Assembly (NCBI GenBank): GCA_044070495.1
Contig: JBIPSI010000001.1
Location: 192,001-256,000 of the forward strand
DNA from: Spirulina sp.
GTDB taxonomy: Bacteria > Cyanobacteriota > Cyanobacteriia > Phormidesmidales > Phormidesmidaceae
Direction of reading: 5' to 3'
Length of the DNA: 64,000 nucleotides
Made by a program: the position numbers and the translations under genes
Shown: positions 58,707-64,000 of the stretch, one piece after another
How the letters are laid out: every line of letters starts with the position of its first letter
Position numbering within the stretch: position 1 is the stretch's first letter
Notes under the pieces: generated by a model
The model's database searches: none
Told to the model about the DNA's origin: nothing
What the model saw: the letters and a program-made list of their open reading frames with translations, nothing else

Positions 58707-59780
58707 ATGCCTGGTCGTATCCGACTGTTAATTGTGGAGGATTCTCCCGTTGCCCTCGCCATTTTGCAGCGCATTTTTCGAGAAGCGCCCGATATTGAGG
58801 TGGTGGGAGTCGCCCGCAACGGCCAAGAAGCCCTAGCCATGTTTCCCATGGTGCAGCCCACCATGATCTGCACCGACCTGCACATGCCCAAAATGAACGG
58901 TCTAGAACTCACCCAGGAGGTGATGGCCCGTCACCCCTGCCCCATCCTGGTGGTCAGCGCCTCGGTGCAGGAGGAAGACACCCAAAACGTGTTCCGCATT
59001 TTGGAAGCCGGGGCCTTGGATATTTTTCCCAAACCCCGCACCGGGCTGGCCTCGGAATACGAAAAATCGAAAAACGAACTGCTGGCCAAAATCCGCGTGT
59101 TGTCTGGGGTTTCGGTGTTCACCCAACGCCGCCAGGGGGCCCCCGCCGTGCGCCAACCCCTCATCCAACGGCCCCCGGTCAAATCTACCCCCATCGATAT
59201 CCGTGCCCCCAGGGTGCTGGCCATCGGGGCATCCACGGGTGGCCCCCAGGCGCTACTGGCGATTTTTCAACAGCTACCCAAAACTTTCCCGGTGCCCATC
59301 CTCTGCGTGCAGCACATCAGCGAAGGCTTTTTGCAGGGCCTCGTGGACTGGCTCAACAGCAGTTGCAGTCTCCAGGTCAAGATTGCCAGTCCGGGCGAAA
59401 TGCCCCAGCCTGGGATCATCTACTTTCCCCCCGAACGGCACCACCTGGAAATTAGCGCCCGTGGACAAATTGCCCTGGCCCAGGGTGCTCCGGTGGCGGG
59501 GCACTGCCCTTCCGTGACGGTGATGTTTAAATCCGTGGCTAGCTACTATCGCCGTTCCGCTGTGGGGGTTTTGTTAACGGGGATGGGCCGCGACGGAGCC
59601 GATGGTCTCTATGCCATGGCCCAGGCAGGTAGCCTCACCATTGCCCAGGACGAAGCCTCCTGCGTGGTGTTTGGGATGCCCAAGGAAGCCATCAGCCTAG
59701 GGGCCGCCCAGCAGATCCTTTCCCTACCCGCCATCGCGCCCTTTTTAATGAACCAGGTGTTTACCTCGGTCCTGTCCTGA
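58707..59780 (+). CDS. cheB: Chemotaxis methylesterase CheB with receiver
   Basis: REC plus GASTGGP, VQHI, LTGMGRDGA catalytic motifs. Confidence 0.96.
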   Translation: MPGRIRLLIVEDSPVALAILQRIFREAPDIEVVGVARNGQEALAMFPMVQPTMICTDLHMPKMNGLELTQEVMARHPCPILVVSASVQEEDTQNVFRILEAGALDIFPKPRTGLASEYEKSKNELLAKIRVLSGVSVFTQRRQGAPAVRQPLIQRPPVKSTPIDIRAPRVLAIGASTGGPQALLAIFQQLPKTFPVPILCVQHISEGFLQGLVDWLNSSCSLQVKIASPGEMPQPGIIYFPPERHHLEISARGQIALAQGAPVAGHCPSVTVMFKSVASYYRRSAVGVLLTGMGRDGADGLYAMAQAGSLTIAQDEASCVVFGMPKEAISLGAAQQILSLPAIAPFLMNQVFTSVLS

Positions 59781-59902
59781 AGGGGGAATGGGATGGGGAC
59801 GTAGGGGGACAGCGCTGTTCGTCTGATAGGTTAGAATTGTCAGCTACTTGAGCCTACGCTGAAGGGAAAACTAACCACAGAAATCCGTCTTAATGTGCGT
59901 CT

Positions 59903-61834
59903 ATGTCCTTTCCCTTGCCGTCGTCCTGGCGATCTTGGCCCCTAGCACGACTGGCCCAAACGATTGGGGTGGCGTTGGGCTTTGCCCTTCTGTTTATGGT
60001 GAGTGTGAACCTGGCCTCGCTGCCGGGAAAGATCACCGCCATTTGGTTGCCTGCGGCCCTCACCTTGGTCGTGCTGCTGCGCTATGGGCGCGGGATACTA
60101 CCCGGTGTGTTTGGGGGAGCCTTGGCCATTGTGATGGTTGGCCTGTGGGATACGGGCCTGTCCTGGCCGTCGCTGATCTGGGCCAGTCTCGTGTTTGCCT
60201 GCTGCGAAACCCTGCAACCGTTGCTGGCCGTGTGGTACCTAGGGCAGCTTTACCGCCTCTTGAGTCCCCAGCAGCGGGGCGCGACCCATCCGTTGCCGCC
60301 CCAGGCGTGGTTTGAAACGGTGCCGAGGGTGTTTAGCTTCATTGTGGCGGCGGTGGCCTCCCCCACACTACCCGCCCTGGCCGGAAGCTGGACTTGGCAA
60401 ACCGTGGGTCTGATTGAACCATCTACCCTAGCCCTCACCTGGTTCACCTGGTGGATCCCCGCCGCCATGGCCCACCTGATCTTTGCGCCGCCGCTGCTGT
60501 TGCTGTGCCGTCCCCAACGACCCCATCCCCTGCGCCTAGGACGGGCTGATTCCTGGGCCACCCACACCCTTCAGGAGGCCATCGGGTTATGGTGCGCCTT
60601 TATGTTGCTGCTGTACCTCACCTTTGGTCGGGGTTATTTAATTGACTACATGTTTCTGCCCCTGCTGATGTTGGCGGTGTTTCGATTGGGGCTGTTCTCC
60701 GCCAGCCTCAGCCTAGCGATCATTACCCTGGCGGCTATCTATGCCACCAACCTAGGTTTTGGGGTCTTTGTGCGCGAGGCTCCCCACGAATCGTTTATTT
60801 ATCTTCAGTCCTTTTTGGCGGTGCTTTCGCTCACCATTTTGATCCTGTCCGCCGTCATTGCCGAACGCCGAACCTCTCAAAATCGCCTCCAAGAAATCCT
60901 GACTTCCCTAGAAAATCAAGTCGAAAAACGTACCGCAGAACTCCGCAAAAACGAAAATATTTTGACCGGGCTGTTTGCCGCTTCCCCCATCGGCCTCGGC
61001 ATTTTGGACGACTCCCTCCGCTTTGTGCGGATGAACCCAACCCTGGCGAATGTCGGTTTTTCGGCGGAGCAATCCCTGCTGGAAATGGCTACTTTGCTAC
61101 CCGAACTCTCCAGTGCTATCCAATGGGCCTATCAAACGGTGGCCCGCACCCAATCCGCCCTAATTGACCAAGAAGTGGCCACCACCTCCCCCGACGTAGA
61201 TATTCAACGTACCTGGTTGCTCTCCTGCTTTCCGATCCAGGGAAAGGATCCGATTTCGTCCCAGGTGGGGGTAGTGCTGCTGGAAATTAGCGACCGCAAA
61301 CGCCTAGAAGCCGCTCTCCAAAAGCAGGCCGACCTAGATGCCCTCACCCAATTGGCCAACCGTCGCGCCTTTGATCGCCATCTGCAACGGGAGTGGAGCC
61401 ACGGTTTGCGTGCCCAACAGCCCCTCTCGCTGATCATGGCCGATGTAGATTACTTCAAAGCCTACAACGATCACTATGGCCATCCCATGGGGGATCAATG
61501 CCTGGTTCAGGTGGCCCAGGTGATTCAGCACAGCGCCCGCCGCCCAGGAGATTTGGCCGTGCGCTATGGGGGCGAAGAATTTGCCCTGCTGCTGCCCAAC
61601 ACCCCCCTAGACGCGGCCTGCCAGATTGCCCTAGCTATGCAGAATCGCCTGCGTCAACTGGGCCTAGTCCACGCCGGATCGGCGGTGAGTCCGTATGTCA
61701 CCCTCAGTCTAGGGCTGGTCACCCACATTCCCAAGGCTGGCGAACTCCCCCAACGGTTGATTGGAACCGCCGACCAAGCTCTCTACACCGCCAAACGCCA
61801 GGGCCGCAATCGCCTTGTCGCACGGGAACTGTAA
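59903..61834 (+). CDS. MASE1-containing diguanylate cyclase
   Basis: Multi-TM MASE1-like N-terminus (AIWLPAA), PAS-like segment, DVDYFKAYND..GH..GD, RPGD I-site, RYGGEEF. Confidence 0.92.
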   Translation: MSFPLPSSWRSWPLARLAQTIGVALGFALLFMVSVNLASLPGKITAIWLPAALTLVVLLRYGRGILPGVFGGALAIVMVGLWDTGLSWPSLIWASLVFACCETLQPLLAVWYLGQLYRLLSPQQRGATHPLPPQAWFETVPRVFSFIVAAVASPTLPALAGSWTWQTVGLIEPSTLALTWFTWWIPAAMAHLIFAPPLLLLCRPQRPHPLRLGRADSWATHTLQEAIGLWCAFMLLLYLTFGRGYLIDYMFLPLLMLAVFRLGLFSASLSLAIITLAAIYATNLGFGVFVREAPHESFIYLQSFLAVLSLTILILSAVIAERRTSQNRLQEILTSLENQVEKRTAELRKNENILTGLFAASPIGLGILDDSLRFVRMNPTLANVGFSAEQSLLEMATLLPELSSAIQWAYQTVARTQSALIDQEVATTSPDVDIQRTWLLSCFPIQGKDPISSQVGVVLLEISDRKRLEAALQKQADLDALTQLANRRAFDRHLQREWSHGLRAQQPLSLIMADVDYFKAYNDHYGHPMGDQCLVQVAQVIQHSARRPGDLAVRYGGEEFALLLPNTPLDAACQIALAMQNRLRQLGLVHAGSAVSPYVTLSLGLVTHIPKAGELPQRLIGTADQALYTAKRQGRNRLVAREL

Positions 61835-61880
61835 GCCCAGCCCATGGCCACCGCATACCCTAGGAAAAGGATGTATTCAG

Positions 61881-62564
61881 TTAAGGCTCACTACCATCAT
61901 CTATCCTCGATGCCGCCGCTAGCCCAAGGAAATCGGCCATAGCTTGCCAAATCTCCGCCTCCACATCCCCTAGGGCGTGGTCGCTGTCGAGTTCTAGAAG
62001 CTGCACCCAGGGTCGGCGAAGGGCGTAGGCGCGGCTGGCCTCGATGGCAATCACCTCGTCCTGGGTGCCATGGCAAATCAGGGTAGGAATGGGGGCTTGG
62101 AGGGCGTCGTCATTGTAGCCCTGGGCATCCTCCACAAAGCGGTAATGCAAGGTTTTTTGTTCCTGGTCGGCATAGTGATAAACCGACAACTCGCCCTGCC
62201 GTCGCCACTGGTCTAGGGCCGCTTCCCCCAGGCGCGGCAACCACTGGGCCAAAAACCGAAAGGCCGGAGCCAACAACACCAGTTTTTCGATTCGTCCCCG
62301 CAGATCCGCTTGCTCAGCCACCCAGGCCGCCGTTAACCCGCCCAGGCTCGATCCGATGATCACCGTCGGCTGAGCCTGGGCCAAGATCAACTCGCGGGCC
62401 TGCTGAATTTGGCGACTGAGGGTGAGGCCGAAAAAGTCTCCCTGATTCAGGTCAGGGATGGTCAGGGAAAGCCCCACCGCCTCAAACCGCGCCCTCAACG
62501 CTTGAGCTTTGTAGGATTGAGGGCCTGAGGCAAACCCGTGCAAATAGAGATAGTGAACCATCAC
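61881..62564 (-). CDS. YqiA/YcfP family alpha/beta hydrolase
   Basis: YLHGFAS, GSSLGG, HGTQDEV, SDH. Confidence 0.92.
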   Translation of the reverse strand: MMVHYLYLHGFASGPQSYKAQALRARFEAVGLSLTIPDLNQGDFFGLTLSRQIQQARELILAQAQPTVIIGSSLGGLTAAWVAEQADLRGRIEKLVLLAPAFRFLAQWLPRLGEAALDQWRRQGELSVYHYADQEQKTLHYRFVEDAQGYNDDALQAPIPTLICHGTQDEVIAIEASRAYALRRPWVQLLELDSDHALGDVEAEIWQAMADFLGLAAASRIDDGSEP

Positions 62565-62633
62565 CCCAATTGATTACACCCCTGATTACACCCCAAAACA
62601 ATCACACCGAAGAGCTTGGCTTGGGCGTCAAAG

Positions 62634-64000
62634 CTACAAGACCGAACGGGGCAATTCCACGCCTGGATGGGAAACAAGCTGCCCCTGGCGAGGCAAGTGA
62701 TGATCCATGAAGTGATCAATTTCGTTGAACCAAAAATCTAGAATCGTTGACTGGCACGCCTTCAGCAGCAATTGATCCAATTCGTGCAAGTCTTTTTGGT
62801 TGAGGGTGCTGTAGGCCGCTAACTCACAATATCGCCGCACATCGCCAGCGATAGCTTCACAGGTATCTCGCTCGGTTTCTTGGGGGCCAAGAAAAGACCG
62901 AGGAATGCCGACAATCTTATACTTATCATCGGCAAAGGCCGCAATATCGTCGTAGTCTAGCCAAAAATGCTTGCGATATTTAGACCTCACATCCCTCAAG
63001 CGATCTAAAAAATAACCGTGCAGAAGATCGTATTTTTTGAGGACATCAAGCTTATGATAGCGTCGCCGTAGGGCACTCAGAGAAGCCCATTCTAAATCCA
63101 CTGGGTCGATGCTGAATAAAATGGGGTGTTCTTCATCTAGGGGAGAGTTACCCAGGTTCTTTCGCCAGGGCACGCTCTTCATCCATCGGGCCACTAAAAT
63201 ATCGAAATAGTTGAGATCTAAAACATCATCTTTGCGCGCACTCAAATACATACCTAGGCAAGCGGCATCCACGGCAAGAAGATTTCGATCAATGCCGTGT
63301 CTTGGGTGAATGAGAAAGGTTTGATCCGCCTCTGAACGAGGGCCAAAGCGATCCACCAGTAGGCCTAGACTAGCCCGCCTCACCCAGGCCGAATAGGTTT
63401 TGAGGGATGGATTTTGCTCCGATGGACGCACAGACTTGTCCTTAAAAAAACGATGCCCCTCTTGAGCAACGGATTGGAGCACTAACTCAACCGCTGGAGG
63501 ATCGTGATCATCAGGATTAAGCTGCTGGGTGGTGCGTTGAATAAAGGCGGCTATGGATCGGTGGAGCGGGTTTCCTGTAGATTTTTCCGGGCTTAAAAAA
63601 GCAAGCCCATCACATTCCTCTAGGGATGGATCAATGGTGGTGAACAACTTACTGACTTGATGGATAATTTGCCGCACCACTTCGACCCGCTTCCAGTGGC
63701 TTTCTGACGCTAAGGCCGTTGTGGATCGGGGTAGGCTATCGGACAACAACTGAATGGCTTCATCGGCGGCTTCACCATCAGGGTTGAGGCTGAGATCCTG
63801 AGCACGCTGCTGAAGTTGATCCAGCAACTCCTCTAGGTATTGGCGGTTAGCTTTTCCATCAATGTCTGCCGGGGCCGATAGATTGGCCGTCATCTCCGGC
63901 AGCAACCCTGGGGCGATGTAGGCGGATGGAGCCTTAGGGGCAGTCTGAGTCGCCTCCTGAACCAGATCAGCTCGCAGACGATGGGCTTTGCCGCGACTGG
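62634..64000 (-). CDS. Hypothetical protein, 5' truncated by window edge; possible divergent sigma-70/ECF-like core with C-terminal extension
   Basis: Frame is open from the window end (SRGKAHRLRADLVQ...) to the stop at 62634, over 450 aa; the sigma-like call is inference. Confidence 0.75.
   Translation of the reverse strand, partial: SRGKAHRLRADLVQEATQTAPKAPSAYIAPGLLPEMTANLSAPADIDGKANRQYLEELLDQLQQRAQDLSLNPDGEAADEAIQLLSDSLPRSTTALASESHWKRVEVVRQIIHQVSKLFTTIDPSLEECDGLAFLSPEKSTGNPLHRSIAAFIQRTTQQLNPDDHDPPAVELVLQSVAQEGHRFFKDKSVRPSEQNPSLKTYSAWVRRASLGLLVDRFGPRSEADQTFLIHPRHGIDRNLLAVDAACLGMYLSARKDDVLDLNYFDILVARWMKSVPWRKNLGNSPLDEEHPILFSIDPVDLEWASLSALRRRYHKLDVLKKYDLLHGYFLDRLRDVRSKYRKHFWLDYDDIAAFADDKYKIVGIPRSFLGPQETERDTCEAIAGDVRRYCELAAYSTLNQKDLHELDQLLLKACQSTILDFWFNEIDHFMDHHLPRQGQLVSHPGVELPRSVL

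Overview
Chromosomal window of a cyanobacterium with GC roughly in the high 50s by eye. petB/petD, ctpA, sasA and an OCP fragment fix the phylum; a Leptolyngbya/Nodosilinea-like lineage is my guess. Most of it is core genes: petBD, ctpA, an HtrA-type protease, pgk, upp, larC, htpG, thiS, nagA, gyrA, glpK, sasA and a GH57 branching enzyme. It also carries a MerR-type-promoter copper operon (chaperone-pacS-small protein), a HEPN/MNT pair, a hybrid kinase plus REC-PAS-GGDEF-EAL operon, and a Wsp-like chemosensory cluster (cheW-MCP-cheA-cheB-DGC, no cheR in the window). A 1.6-kb decayed zone at about 29.9-31.5 kb holds an internally deleted IS50/Tn5-like element, a dead IS1 interrupted by a ~23-nt mini-repeat, and the 3' end of an orange carotenoid protein gene that the ORF track misses. 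Intergenic DNA carries two ~130-bp MITE families and several REP-like palindrome families, one copy sitting in-frame inside cheA. The most unusual signals are the apparent total absence of the HIP1 core CGATCG (manual scan) and a truncated ORF at the right edge that looks like a divergent sigma-70/ECF-like protein with an extra C-terminal domain. I found no rRNA, tRNA or CRISPR array. I cannot demonstrate a new biological system from sequence alone; the leads below are candidates.
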